Assembly: GCA_016234855.1 (NCBI GenBank)
Contig: JACRNO010000079.1
Coordinates: forward strand, 3,503-67,502
Direction of reading: 5' to 3'
Length of the DNA stretch: 64,000 nt
DNA from: Deltaproteobacteria bacterium
Lineage (GTDB): Bacteria > Desulfobacterota > GWC2-55-46
Shown: in pieces, positions 18,061 through 27,786 of the stretch
Numbering within the stretch: position 1 is the first letter of the stretch
How the letters are laid out: every line of letters starts with the position of its first letter
Translations under genes and position numbers: made by a program
The notes under the pieces: generated by a model
Told to the model about the DNA's origin: nothing
The model's database searches: none
What the model saw: the letters and a program-made list of their open reading frames with translations, nothing else

Positions 18061-18939
18061 TTACGGCGCTCGCATCAGGTACATGACGCGCATGCCCGAA
18101 AGAAACCGGCTGATCTCGCTCGCGGCGCTGTCTTCCAGGAGCGAGCGTATAATGCCCAGACCCTTCTTCTCCGGGTATACGACGTTAGGTTTGCCCTTAA
18201 TGCCCGCAAGCTTCGCGCTGAGGTTGATTGCGTCGGTAAGGTCGCCGAGCTCGTCCACCAGTTTTAATGAGCGCGCCTGCGCGCCGCTGAAGACGCGGCC
18301 GTCGGCAATGCGCCCGACCTCTTCGACGCTGAGTCCGCGCCCGTCCGCAACCGCCTTTATGAACTGCGAGTTCACGTCGTTGATGACGTCCTGAAGGAGT
18401 CTTTCTTCCTCCGGCGTCATCTCGCGCAGGGGACTGCCGGTGTCCTTGAACTTGCCGCTCTTTATGACCCTTCCCTTAAGGCCTATCTTTGCAAGCAGTT
18501 CTTCGACGTTCATGAATTCGACTATGACGCCTATGGAGCCCGTGATGGTGCCCGGGTTCGCGACCACCTTATTGGCGGCCATCGCCGCGTAGAAACCGCC
18601 TGAAGCGGCCACCGCCCCCATCGAGGCGACGACGGGCTTGGTCTTCCGAAGCCTCAAGACCGAGCTGTAAATCTCCTGCGACGGGCCTACCGAGCCGCCC
18701 GGAGAATCAATGCGCAGTACCACGGCCTTTACGTCGGTGCTGTCCTCGAGGTCGCGCAACTGCCCGGTAATCTCGGCGACGTCGGTTATGACGCCTTCGA
18801 GTTTTACAACGACAATCTTGTCGGACAGCGCCATTGTCCCTTTTCCCGCAAACCATGCAATGAGCACGGCGATAAGGACGAGGATGAAGAACGACGCGCC
18901 AAAGGCGGCGAGGATATTTTTGAGGTTAATCCCGGTCAT
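18061..18939 (-). CDS. sppA: signal peptide peptidase SppA (36K type)
   Basis: 292 aa. Contains ASMGAVAASGGFYAAMAANKVVANPGTITGSIGVI. Confidence 0.85.
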   Translation of the reverse strand: MTGINLKNILAAFGASFFILVLIAVLIAWFAGKGTMALSDKIVVVKLEGVITDVAEITGQLRDLEDSTDVKAVVLRIDSPGGSVGPSQEIYSSVLRLRKTKPVVASMGAVAASGGFYAAMAANKVVANPGTITGSIGVIVEFMNVEELLAKIGLKGRVIKSGKFKDTGSPLREMTPEEERLLQDVINDVNSQFIKAVADGRGLSVEEVGRIADGRVFSGAQARSLKLVDELGDLTDAINLSAKLAGIKGKPNVVYPEKKGLGIIRSLLEDSAASEISRFLSGMRVMYLMRAP

Positions 18940-20574
18940 TTAGGAGGCCGTATCCGGCTCTACCGTCTTATCATGCCCGCCTTCGCCCTTTATAGCGCGG
19001 ATGCTGAGGCCTATCTTATTGTCGTCCGGGTCTACGTTGAGTATCTCCACGTCTACCATATCGCCCGTCTGAACCGGTGAGCCCTTTTTCTTGCCGCGGT
19101 TCAATTCGGATATATGCACAAGCCCTTCAAGCCCCGGTTCAAGTTCCACAAAGGCGCCGAAGTCGGCCACGCTCGTAACCCTGCCTTCGACGGTCATGCC
19201 CGGGGTATAGCGTCCTGCCACGCCTTCCCACGGGTTCTTCTCGACGAGCTTGGTGGAGAGGGAAAACCTGCGCGCGGCGGAGTCGATATTCAGCACCTGG
19301 GCCGTGACTTCCTGCCCCTTCTTGAATATCTCGGAAGGGTGCTTTATCTTCTTCCACGAGAGGTCCGAGACGTGGACGAGGCCGTCGATGCCGTCCTCGA
19401 TGCCGATGAATACGCCGAAATCGGTGATATTCTTGACGACGCCCTTGACCACGGTGCCCTTGGGATAACGCGCCTCGATGTCGGACCACGGGTTCGACTC
19501 TATCTGCTTCATGCCGAGCGAGATGCGCTTGTTTGCCTGGTCCACGTCGAGTATCAGCACCTCTACCGCGTCGCCCACCTTGAGCTTCTGCGACGGGTGA
19601 CGGAGCTTTGTCCACGACATCTCGGATATGTGCACAAGCCCTTCAAGCCCGTCTTCAAGCTCTATAAACGCGCCGTAATCGGTGAGATTGACGACCTTGC
19701 CGTTGGCCTTGGCGCCGACGGTATAACGTTCGGCCACGCCCTGCCACGGGTCCTGCTTCGTCTGTTTCAAACCGAGGGAAATCTTGTTATCTTCCTTGTT
19801 GTACTTGAGTATCTTGACGGTAATCCTGTCGCCGACCTTGAGCACCTGCGACGGATGCGTGACCTTGCCCCATGAGAGGTCGGTCAGATGGATGAGCCCG
19901 TCTATGCCCCCGAGGTCTATGAACGCGCCGTACTCGGTGATATTCTTGACCAGCCCCTCGCACAGCGCGCCTTCCTGCATGTGCTCAAGGGTATTCTTTC
20001 TCAACGAGTCTCTCTCATCTTCGAGGAGCGTGCGCCTTGAGACGATGACGTTGTTCTTATGACGGTTGTGCTTGAGAACCTTGAAGAGATAGGTCTGCCC
20101 TACGAGCTTGTCCTGATTCCTTACCGGCTTCAGGTCGACCTGAGAACCCGGCAAAAAGGCGGTGATGCCGCCGATATCGACGTAAAAACCGCCCTTGATA
20201 CGCTGGGTGATGGTGCCTTCCATGGGCTTGCCCGTCTCCTCAGACTCGACAATCTCGTCCCATATCTTGAACTGGTCGGCCTTGGCCTTTGAAAGGACGA
20301 GATAACCCTTCTCGTCCTCGCGGCGCTCAAGGAACACCTTTACGTCATCGCCCACGGCGACGGTCGGGTTGCCGTCCGCATCGAGGAATTCCTTTAACGG
20401 CACATGTCCTTCGGACTTGTAACCTATATCTATAAGTACTACGTCTTTGGTTATCTGGACTATCTTCCCCTTGATGATTTCGCCTTCCTGGAGCTCTTTT
20501 ATCCTGCCTTCAAAGAGCGCCTCGAAGTCGTTACTCGCGTCACCGGCCTGAGTTTTCTCATCAATCCCTGTCAT
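18940..20574 (-). CDS. rpsA: 30S ribosomal protein S1
   Basis: Six S1 domains. The first ATG is at 20574; the ORF-track start at 20577 is a TTG. Confidence 0.95.
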   Translation of the reverse strand: MTGIDEKTQAGDASNDFEALFEGRIKELQEGEIIKGKIVQITKDVVLIDIGYKSEGHVPLKEFLDADGNPTVAVGDDVKVFLERREDEKGYLVLSKAKADQFKIWDEIVESEETGKPMEGTITQRIKGGFYVDIGGITAFLPGSQVDLKPVRNQDKLVGQTYLFKVLKHNRHKNNVIVSRRTLLEDERDSLRKNTLEHMQEGALCEGLVKNITEYGAFIDLGGIDGLIHLTDLSWGKVTHPSQVLKVGDRITVKILKYNKEDNKISLGLKQTKQDPWQGVAERYTVGAKANGKVVNLTDYGAFIELEDGLEGLVHISEMSWTKLRHPSQKLKVGDAVEVLILDVDQANKRISLGMKQIESNPWSDIEARYPKGTVVKGVVKNITDFGVFIGIEDGIDGLVHVSDLSWKKIKHPSEIFKKGQEVTAQVLNIDSAARRFSLSTKLVEKNPWEGVAGRYTPGMTVEGRVTSVADFGAFVELEPGLEGLVHISELNRGKKKGSPVQTGDMVDVEILNVDPDDNKIGLSIRAIKGEGGHDKTVEPDTAS

Positions 20575-20689
20575 CAATACAATACCCTCCCCCGCCTTTT
20601 TGATTTATCGATAAAAGATATCACAGGCCGCGATAAATGGCAAATCATTTCAGGACGTTATGCGCAAAGGCCTCAAAAAAAGGCCTGTA

Positions 20690-21562
20690 TCATGCGTTCA
20701 CCGGGCGATCCGCGCCCTTGCCCTGCGATATCTCGCGTATCCTTACCACGGCGTTATCTATGACCCAATCCGGCGTTGACGCCCCGGAAGTCACCCCGAC
20801 CGAGGCCGCGCCTTCAAACCAAGCCGGGTCTATCTCGCCTGCCACCTCGATGTGATAGGTCTTCTCCCTGATGGAGCGGCATATCTCGGCAAGTCTGCGC
20901 GTATTCGCGCTGTTGCGCCCGCCGACCACCACCATGACGTCCACCCGGCGCGCCAGTTCCGCGCTCTCTTTCTGCCTTATGGACGTGGCGTTGCAGATGG
21001 TGTTGAAGACCTTCAACTCCGTGGCCTTCAGAAGACAGGCGCTTACCACGTCCTCGAGCTTTTCTATGGGCAGAGTCGTCTGCGCGATGATGCCTATCTT
21101 CTTCGTCCTCGGCATATCCATCAATGCCTCATGCGAGTCCGCGACCCTTATATCGGAGCTGCCGTAGCTTACCAGGCCCTTCACCTCCGGGTGGTCTTTC
21201 TCCCCGGCCACGACGACCGTATACCCCTCTGCCGACAGGCGCGAGACGAGTTCCTGCGCCTTCTTCACGAACGGACAGGTGGCGTCTATGACGTTAAGCC
21301 CCTTTTCCCTGGCCTTTTGCATCTCGTCAAGCCGCACACCGTGAGACCGTATGATGACGGTGCCGGACGCCACCTCGTCGAGGGATTCCTTGGCATGGAC
21401 GCCGGAAGACTCCTCCAGCATCTTTACCACCTGCGGGTTGTGGATGATGGGGCCGAGTGTATATATCTCGCCGGCGGTCTCGCGCGCGCACGAGTCAGCC
21501 ATGTTTATGGCCCTCTTTACGCCGAAACAGAACCCTGACGATTTTGCAATGAAGATTTCCAT
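20690..21562 (-). CDS. ispH: 4-hydroxy-3-methylbut-2-enyl diphosphate reductase
   Basis: MEIFIAKSSGFCFGVKRAI is the LytB/IspH N-terminal signature. The start was placed at the internal ATG. The upstream extension of the ORF-track entry runs into repeat elements. Confidence 0.9.
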   Translation of the reverse strand: MEIFIAKSSGFCFGVKRAINMADSCARETAGEIYTLGPIIHNPQVVKMLEESSGVHAKESLDEVASGTVIIRSHGVRLDEMQKAREKGLNVIDATCPFVKKAQELVSRLSAEGYTVVVAGEKDHPEVKGLVSYGSSDIRVADSHEALMDMPRTKKIGIIAQTTLPIEKLEDVVSACLLKATELKVFNTICNATSIRQKESAELARRVDVMVVVGGRNSANTRRLAEICRSIREKTYHIEVAGEIDPAWFEGAASVGVTSGASTPDWVIDNAVVRIREISQGKGADRPVNA

Positions 21563-21605
21563 GATTATCGTAGGGGCGAAGCAAGTATCAACTGCTTCGC
21601 CCGCC

Positions 21606-21676
21606 TTCCGTGGCGTCAGGAGTTTCCTCCTGACGCCCTGCCATATGGCCGTCGGGAGGAGACTCCCGACGGCGCT
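21606..21676. repeat. 71-bp double-hairpin REP-like element, copy 1
   Basis: ttccgtggcgtcaggag-tttc-ctcctgacgcc (11-bp stem) followed by ccgtcggga-ggagac-tcccgacgg (9-bp stem). An almost identical copy lies at 21748-21818. Confidence 0.8.
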
Positions 21677-21747
21677 CAAAACGATATACTGTCATTTCGA
21701 CCGCAGGGAGAAATCTTGCGACTTCAACGGCCAGCGGTTTTGAGATT

Positions 21748-21818
21748 TTCCGTGGCGTCAGGAGTTTCCTCCTGACGCCCTGCCATATGGCCGTCGGGAG
21801 GAAACTCCCGACGGCGCT
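21748..21818. repeat. 71-bp double-hairpin REP-like element, copy 2
   Basis: Differs from copy 1 at a single position. Confidence 0.8.
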
Positions 21819-21835
21819 TATATTTCAGGTTCACG

Positions 21836-21857
21836 TAGCTCAGGGCTTTAGCCCTGA
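21836..21857. repeat. short palindromic unit tagctcagggctttagccctga; reverse-complement copy at 39801-39822
   Basis: Exact reverse-complement match between the two positions. Related hairpins cagggttttaaccctg and cagggctgaagccctg occur at 34845-34910. Confidence 0.7.
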
Positions 21858-21936
21858 CAGGAACAGGCATTCTGCATCGGCAACATCAGACCTGAAGGTC
21901 TGAGCTACAACCTGACAAAAGAGCACAGCAACACCC

Positions 21937-22614
21937 CTACAGCCCTGTCCGCTCCTTCACAATCTCCAGTATCCGCGCCGCCACGCCGTTTATATCGAGG
22001 CTACCGGTGTCTATGACTACGGCGTCTTTCGCCGCAACAAGCGGCGAGTTCTTCCTCTGCGTGTCGCGCTTGTCGCGCTCCTCAATCTTCTTGCTCACGT
22101 CGGAGGCTACCGCGCCGCCCCTTTCAGCAAGCTCCTTATGCCGCCTTGCCGCCCTCACCTCGTGCGAGGCATCGAGGAATATCTTTACGTCTGCATCGGG
22201 GAATACGACCGTGCCGATGTCCCGGCCTTCCATCACGACGCTGCCTGCCTCACCCAGCCGCCTCTGACAGGCCACGAGAAAGTCGCGCACCGGCGTCTTT
22301 GCCGATGTGACGGAAGCGAGCGCGCCCGCCTCTTCAGTGCGTATGCTTCCTGAATAATCAACCCCGTCTATCAGCATATTGCCTACGGCGTCGTATGTTA
22401 TGTTTACCCTTGCGCAATAATCGCGCAGGGCAGTATCGCTCTCTATATCTACGCCTGCCGCGTCTGCCGCTACGGCAAGACTGCGATACATGGCCCCGGT
22501 ATCGACGTAACTATACCCAAGGGCCTTTGCCACCCGCCTGCTCACGGTGGTCTTGCCAACGCCGGACGGGCCGTCAATGGCTATGACGAGGGCTTTCTTC
22601 CTTTTATCGCTCAT
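21937..22614 (-). CDS. cmk: cytidylate kinase
   Basis: 225 aa. P-loop AIDGPSGVGKTT. Motif DTGAMYR. Confidence 0.9.
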   Translation of the reverse strand: MSDKRKKALVIAIDGPSGVGKTTVSRRVAKALGYSYVDTGAMYRSLAVAADAAGVDIESDTALRDYCARVNITYDAVGNMLIDGVDYSGSIRTEEAGALASVTSAKTPVRDFLVACQRRLGEAGSVVMEGRDIGTVVFPDADVKIFLDASHEVRAARRHKELAERGGAVASDVSKKIEERDKRDTQRKNSPLVAAKDAVVIDTGSLDINGVAARILEIVKERTGL

Positions 22615-22651
22615 GACGGCACCTACCTACATTTTCCCTCCACTTATCTAA

Positions 22652-22856
22652 GGAAGCTCTGATTAATTAAATTGAAGTGAATTGTCATTTCAAGCGCGTG
22701 AGCCTTGTGCGCTAACGTTATGCTTTTGGCGCCTTTAGCCCTGAGCGAAGCGAATGGGGAGAAATCTCGTTTTTTAAGCAATTCGAGAAGTTACAAGATT
22801 TCTCGTCGCGAAAACGCTCCTCGAAATGACAGACAACGGAATTAATCAAAGCTTCC
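22652..22856. mobile_element. 205-bp MITE-like non-autonomous element with ~17-bp terminal inverted repeats
   Basis: Left terminus GGAAGCTCTGATTAATT. Right terminus, reverse-complemented, GGAAGCTTTGATTAATT. Flanked by CTAA(G) on both sides, a candidate target-site duplication. The interior carries a tgtcatttc...gaaatgaca palindrome and the motif gtgcgctaacgttatgcttttggcgcc. Confidence 0.55.
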
Positions 22857-22883
22857 CTAAGTAGAGTCAGGCTTGCTTTTCTC

Positions 22884-22919
22884 CTCCCCTTATCTAAGGG
22901 GAGGCCGGGAGGGGTTAGT
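22884..22919. repeat. 36-bp direct repeat, copy 1: ctccccttatctaaggggaggccgggaggggttagt
   Basis: Second copy at 23092-23125. Contains the CCCCTTATCTAAGGGG palindromic hairpin core. Confidence 0.8.
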
Positions 22920-22967
22920 TTTCTTGCCTATGAGACCTTTGCATAACTCAAAAAGTAAATACCACAG

Positions 22968-23061
22968 TTGTCATTGTGAGCGCAGCGAAGCAATCTCGTT
23001 CCTTGATAAAGCAGCAAATTACGAGATTGCCGCGTCGCAACAGCGCTCCTCGCAATGACAA
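22968..23061. repeat. long imperfect palindrome of the TGTCATTG(T/C)GAGC..GCTCCTCGCAATGACA family
   Basis: ttgtcattgtgagcgcagcgaagcaatctcgt ... acgagattgccgcgtcgcaacagcgctcctcgcaatgacaa. A spurious ORF read through it gives the characteristic CHCERSEAIS peptide. Confidence 0.75.
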
Positions 23062-23091
23062 TTACTCTCTTTATTAGGCTTATGCAAAACT

Positions 23092-23125
23092 CTCCTTATC
23101 TAAGGGGAGGCCGGGAGGGGTTAGT
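23092..23125. repeat. direct repeat, copy 2 (ctccttatctaaggggaggccgggaggggttagt)
   Basis: Identical to the copy at 22886-22919 except for a 2-nt indel. Confidence 0.8.
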
Positions 23126-23191
23126 CTTTTTGTCAGATGAAGCAAACTACTAACTCCCCCTGCCCCCTCTTTGCAAAGAGGGGGTACTGTA

Positions 23192-24574
23192 CTACTGGGC
23201 GATAGACTCCAGCAAATCATAAAACCCGGGGAACGAGACGTCAGCGCACTCAGGATTTTTTATGGTAATCCCGTCCTTTGCGCGAAGCCCTGCAATAGCG
23301 AACGCCATTGCGATGCGGTGGTCTCCGTGGCTGTCGATTGTGCCGCCCTTGATACTCTTTCCGCCGCTACCTTCTATGATAATACCGTCTTCTTTCTCCT
23401 TACAAGTTACCCCCACAGCTCTCAATGATTCAGCCATTACAGCTATCCTGTCACTCTCCTTTACCCGAAGCTCCCCTGCCCCGCTAATCACTGTCCTGCC
23501 TTTTGCAAAGGCTGCGGCAATACAGATAATGGGGAACTCATCAATGGCGGGAAGAAGCTCTTCCTCGCTTATATCGACACCTTTGAGATAACAGTCAGCA
23601 CTTGTTACATTAATCGTAGACATTGGTTCGTACCAAAGCCCTCTGTCATTGTCAGGTACAACATTATCACTACGCTTTATTAGACCTGAAGCTATTGGAC
23701 CAGAACCAACCATTTTTTCAAGAATGGTAACGATACCCATGCGGGTAGGGTTGACTCCAACGCCGCTCGTGACGTCGCGCCCCTTCAATGACAGTTCTGA
23801 CAGGGGCGTTATCATAGCGCCGACCATAAAAAATGCGGCAGACGAGATATCGCCGGGAACCAATATTGTGCTGAGGCCTTTTAGCTTTTTCTTAGACGTA
23901 ATCGTTATACGCAAACCTTCTACTTTTATATCAGCGCCAAATGCCTTGAGCATCAATTCGGTATGGTCACGCGATTTAGCTGGTTCTTTAACCACAGTCT
24001 CGCCTTCGGCGTATAACCCGGCAAGGAGTATGGCTGATTTCAACTGTGCACTCGCAACAGGCGAATTATATTTTATCCCCTTCAACTTTCCGCCTTTTAT
24101 GGCAAGCGGCAGTAGCCTATCATCGTCTCTACCGTTTATCTGGGCGCCCATCAAGCAAAGCGGTTTAACAACCCTAGCCATCGGCCTCTTACGCAAAGAG
24201 GCGTCGCCGGTGATAACGGAAAAAAAAGGCTGTGCGGAAAAAAGACCTGTCAATAAGCGAGCCGTTGTGCCGGAATTGCGAACATCAATTACGTCATCAG
24301 GCTCTTTGAGACTGTCCATGCCGTAACCGGTTACAACCAAATCACCGCCATCTTCCGTGATTACAACGCCCATCTGCCTGAAGGCATTAATGGTAGAAAG
24401 ATTGTCCTCACCTTCGAGAAAATTCTTTATCCTTGTTGTGCCGTCAGTTATTGAACCCAGCATAACTGCCCTATGCGAGATGGACTTGTCCCCGGGCACG
24501 TGCACTTCACCGTTAAGCCCCTTCGCCTCGCCTACCGTTATCGAGCCGTCGGCGTTCTTACTTATGATGGTCAT
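23192..24574 (-). CDS. aroA: 3-phosphoshikimate 1-carboxyvinyltransferase (EPSP synthase)
   Basis: N-terminal LNGEVHVPGDKSISHRAVMLGSI. Start placed at the internal ATG (MTIISK...). Overlaps tyrA by 17 bp. Confidence 0.9.
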   Translation of the reverse strand: MTIISKNADGSITVGEAKGLNGEVHVPGDKSISHRAVMLGSITDGTTRIKNFLEGEDNLSTINAFRQMGVVITEDGGDLVVTGYGMDSLKEPDDVIDVRNSGTTARLLTGLFSAQPFFSVITGDASLRKRPMARVVKPLCLMGAQINGRDDDRLLPLAIKGGKLKGIKYNSPVASAQLKSAILLAGLYAEGETVVKEPAKSRDHTELMLKAFGADIKVEGLRITITSKKKLKGLSTILVPGDISSAAFFMVGAMITPLSELSLKGRDVTSGVGVNPTRMGIVTILEKMVGSGPIASGLIKRSDNVVPDNDRGLWYEPMSTINVTSADCYLKGVDISEEELLPAIDEFPIICIAAAFAKGRTVISGAGELRVKESDRIAVMAESLRAVGVTCKEKEDGIIIEGSGGKSIKGGTIDSHGDHRIAMAFAIAGLRAKDGITIKNPECADVSFPGFYDLLESIAQ

Positions 24575-25502
24575 GGTTGCACGGCCCTTCGTGTGGTTTG
24601 TGGTCGTGGGACTTATGCAGGGCAGGCTGTTTCGGAGCAAGCGAATCGCGGAAGCCCTTGGCCTTTGCAAACTCCCTGGTAAGGCTTGAGAGGTCTCCGG
24701 CCTGTATGAATTTCTTCACCGTCTCAAGACGCTTCTGAAAACCCTCGATAGCGTCGACAATATTGCCCTTGTTCATCCCGCAGATCTCGCTCCACATCTC
24801 AGGCGACGAAGACGCGATGCGGGTCGAGTCCTTGAACCCGCCGGCCGAGTACGTCATGAGGTCGGCGCGCCTGTTGGCGGTATCGCCTACGGCATTGACG
24901 AGGTTATAGATGATGATATGCGGCAGGTGCGAGGTCGAGGCCAGAATCCAGTCGTGGATTTCAGCGTCCATCATGACGACCTGCGCCCCGGCCTCCTGCC
25001 ATATCTTTTTCACCGCCGCAAGCGCGGCCTTGTCAGTGGACTCGGTCGGCGTGATGACGCACTTATGCCCCTGAAAAAGCCCAGCAGACGCCGCTGCAAC
25101 GCCGGATTGCTCACCGCCGGCTATGGGGTGCGCGCCCACAAAATGCACGCCTTGCGGCAGCGCAGGCTCGACAGCCTCTATTATGGCGGCTTTTACGCTG
25201 CCGACGTCCGTTACTATCGCGCCGGGTTTGAGATAAGCGCCTATGCGCTTTATGACCTCGGGCGTCTTCTTAACGGGCAAAGCGACGATTACAAGGTCAG
25301 CGTCCTTTACGCCGTCTTCAAGCTCCTGCGTAAACGAGTCAACGACTCCGAGCTTTTTCGCGGTGACAAGGTTCTCGATGGTCCTGCCTATGCCGGTTAT
25401 ATGTCCGCAAAGCCCTTTCGAGCGCAAGGCCATTGCGATGGAACCGCCGATAAGACCGACGCCGATTATTGCAACTTTATTAAATGGGATTTCCGTGGTC
25501 AT
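24558..25502 (-). CDS. tyrA: prephenate/arogenate dehydrogenase
   Basis: Rossmann motif VAIIGVGLIGGSIA. Has a His-rich C-terminal tail HKSHDHKPHEGPCNHDHHK. Confidence 0.85.
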   Translation of the reverse strand: MTTEIPFNKVAIIGVGLIGGSIAMALRSKGLCGHITGIGRTIENLVTAKKLGVVDSFTQELEDGVKDADLVIVALPVKKTPEVIKRIGAYLKPGAIVTDVGSVKAAIIEAVEPALPQGVHFVGAHPIAGGEQSGVAAASAGLFQGHKCVITPTESTDKAALAAVKKIWQEAGAQVVMMDAEIHDWILASTSHLPHIIIYNLVNAVGDTANRRADLMTYSAGGFKDSTRIASSSPEMWSEICGMNKGNIVDAIEGFQKRLETVKKFIQAGDLSSLTREFAKAKGFRDSLAPKQPALHKSHDHKPHEGPCNHDHHK

Positions 25503-25542
25503 TATTCCTTTCCTATTCTTATATTGTCTGTCTTGAAATCGG

Positions 25543-26556
25543 TCAGACCGCCATGCCGACCGCGGCGGCGACCTTTCTGATATCTTCCATGAGCGCTGCG
25601 AACTTCTTGGGCTTGAGCGACTGAGCGCCGTCGCAAAGCGCGCTTTCAGGGTCGGGATGAACCTCTATCATAAGCCCGTCAGCGCCTACGGCCACGGCGG
25701 CAAGGGAAAGCGGGGCAACGAGCGCCCACCTTCCTACGGCATGGGACGGGTCGACGAAGACAGGCAGATGGGTCTCTTCCTTCAAGACCGGGACCGCGCT
25801 CAGGTCGAGCGTATTGCGCGTGGCCGTCTCGAATGTGCGTACCCCGCGCTCGCAGAGCATGATATTGACGTTGCCCTGCGCGGCGATATACTCGGCGCTC
25901 ATAAGGAGTTCCTTGATGGTGGCGGAAAGCCCGCGCTTCAAGAGCACGGGCTTGCCGGCCTTGCCGACCTCGGTCAGGAGCCTGAAGTTCTGCATGTTGC
26001 GCGCGCCGATCTGGATGATATCCACGTACTCGCACATAAGCTCTATATCGCGCGGGTCCATAAGCTCGCTTATTACCGGCAGGCCTGTGGCCTTCTTTGC
26101 CGCGGCAAGGTATTTGAGCCCCTCGATGCCCAAGCCTTGGAAGTCGTAAGGCGACGTCCTGGGCTTGAACGCGCCGCCCCTCAGGATATTTGCGCCTGCG
26201 GCCTGGACCTGTTTGGCGGTATCGACGAGGGATTCCTTGTTCTCGATGCTGCACGGCCCGGCTATGACCTGCAACTGGCCGCCCCCTATCTTTACCCCGC
26301 CTATGTCGATAACCGTGCTTTCCTTGCGGAATTCGCGGCTTACGAGCTTGTACGGTTTTAATATCGGCATGACGTTTTCCACGCCCGGAAACGTATCCAG
26401 CGGCAGGTTCCTCAACAAGGCCTCGTCTCCGATTGCCCCGATGATGGTGCGCTCCTTGCCCTGCGAGACGTGCACGGCCAGACCCGCGGCCTTTATGCGC
26501 TCGACTACGTGTTCTATCTCGGCCTGGCTGGCCTCGTGCTTGAGTACTATTATCAT
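25543..26556 (-). CDS. 3-deoxy-7-phosphoheptulonate (DAHP) synthase, type I-beta, with an N-terminal ferredoxin-like regulatory domain
   Basis: 337 aa. Matches Thermotoga-type DAHP synthase closely: [10 protein letters not shown]...AGPCSIE...[13 protein letters not shown]...[12 protein letters not shown]...VDPSHA. Confidence 0.93.
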   Translation of the reverse strand: MIIVLKHEASQAEIEHVVERIKAAGLAVHVSQGKERTIIGAIGDEALLRNLPLDTFPGVENVMPILKPYKLVSREFRKESTVIDIGGVKIGGGQLQVIAGPCSIENKESLVDTAKQVQAAGANILRGGAFKPRTSPYDFQGLGIEGLKYLAAAKKATGLPVISELMDPRDIELMCEYVDIIQIGARNMQNFRLLTEVGKAGKPVLLKRGLSATIKELLMSAEYIAAQGNVNIMLCERGVRTFETATRNTLDLSAVPVLKEETHLPVFVDPSHAVGRWALVAPLSLAAVAVGADGLMIEVHPDPESALCDGAQSLKPKKFAALMEDIRKVAAAVGMAV

Positions 26557-26572
26557 AAAACCTCCGGTTGGA

Positions 26573-27679
26573 TTATCGTATGACCTCGGCCAACGCCTTC
26601 ACAAACCTCTTATTCTCTTTTGGCAGCCCGACGGTGACGCGGATAAACTCAGGCAGTCCGTAACTGGCCATAGGCCGCACTATCACGCCTTTGCGTAAAA
26701 GCCCGTCATAGACCTTTTTGCCGTCATTAACCCTTATGAGAAAAAAATTCGCCTCGGTGGGCACGGCCTCAAGGCCCATGGCCTTGACCTCGCGGAACAG
26801 ATACTCAAGGCCCGCGGCGTTGTTCTCAAGCGTCCTTTCAAGGTGCTTGCGGTCGTCGAGCGCGGCAATGGCCGCAACCTGCGCAAGGCTGTTGACGTTA
26901 AACGGTTGGCGCACCCGGTTCATGTAATCTATCATCTCAGCCGGGGCCGCGCCGTAACCCACGCGCAGACCCGCAAGGCCGTAGATTTTGGAGAACGTCC
27001 TCAAGACCAGCGCCGCCCTTCCCGACCTCACATAACCGAATGCGTCAGGGAAATCAGGGTTACGCACAAACTCGGCATAAGCCTCGTCAACGCAAACGAT
27101 GACGTCCTCGGGCACGTCGCGCATGAAGCGGTCGAACTCTGTGCGGCCGACCATCGTCCCTGTCGGGTTATTCGGGTTGGCGATGAATACGACCCGCGTC
27201 TTTGCGGTAATTGCCCTGGCCATTGCCGCAAGGTCATGGGTGAACCCCTTCAACGCGACGGTAACGGGCTTCGCTCCGGCGGCCTTGACCGCTATGGGAT
27301 AGACCGCGAACGACGGGTCTCCCATCACCGCCTCGTCGCCTTTAGACAGATACGCCCTGACAAGGAGTTCGATTATCTCGTTTGAGCCGTTGCCGAATAT
27401 AAGCGTCTCCGGCGGCATCTTTAAAAAGACCGCAAGCCGGGTCTTGAGATAATAGCACGAGCCGTCCGGGTACCTGTGCAGGTTGGTCAATGCGCCGGCA
27501 ACGGCCTTGACCGCCTTCTTCGACGGGCCAAGCGGGTTCTCGTTCGAGGCCAATTTTATCGAGCCGCTGATGCCAAGCTCACGCTCAAGCTCCTCTATGG
27601 GTTTGCCCGGCGGATACGGCACAAGCGAAGAGATGTTTTTGGCGACACGTAGTTTCAATCTGTTTTTTACCGTCGGCAT
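26573..27679 (-). CDS. hisC: histidinol-phosphate / aromatic aminotransferase (class II)
   Basis: 368 aa. [11 protein letters not shown] motif and a PLP-binding lysine region. Confidence 0.85.
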   Translation of the reverse strand: MPTVKNRLKLRVAKNISSLVPYPPGKPIEELERELGISGSIKLASNENPLGPSKKAVKAVAGALTNLHRYPDGSCYYLKTRLAVFLKMPPETLIFGNGSNEIIELLVRAYLSKGDEAVMGDPSFAVYPIAVKAAGAKPVTVALKGFTHDLAAMARAITAKTRVVFIANPNNPTGTMVGRTEFDRFMRDVPEDVIVCVDEAYAEFVRNPDFPDAFGYVRSGRAALVLRTFSKIYGLAGLRVGYGAAPAEMIDYMNRVRQPFNVNSLAQVAAIAALDDRKHLERTLENNAAGLEYLFREVKAMGLEAVPTEANFFLIRVNDGKKVYDGLLRKGVIVRPMASYGLPEFIRVTVGLPKENKRFVKALAEVIR

Positions 27680-27786
27680 TATCGAAAGACCTTCTCCTTT
27701 TTATCGGTAACTCAAACCTTCGGGCTTGTTAACGTCAGTGCAAATCCCCGCGACCCACGCCGCCTGGCGCGGGTGCCCCGCCCCCT

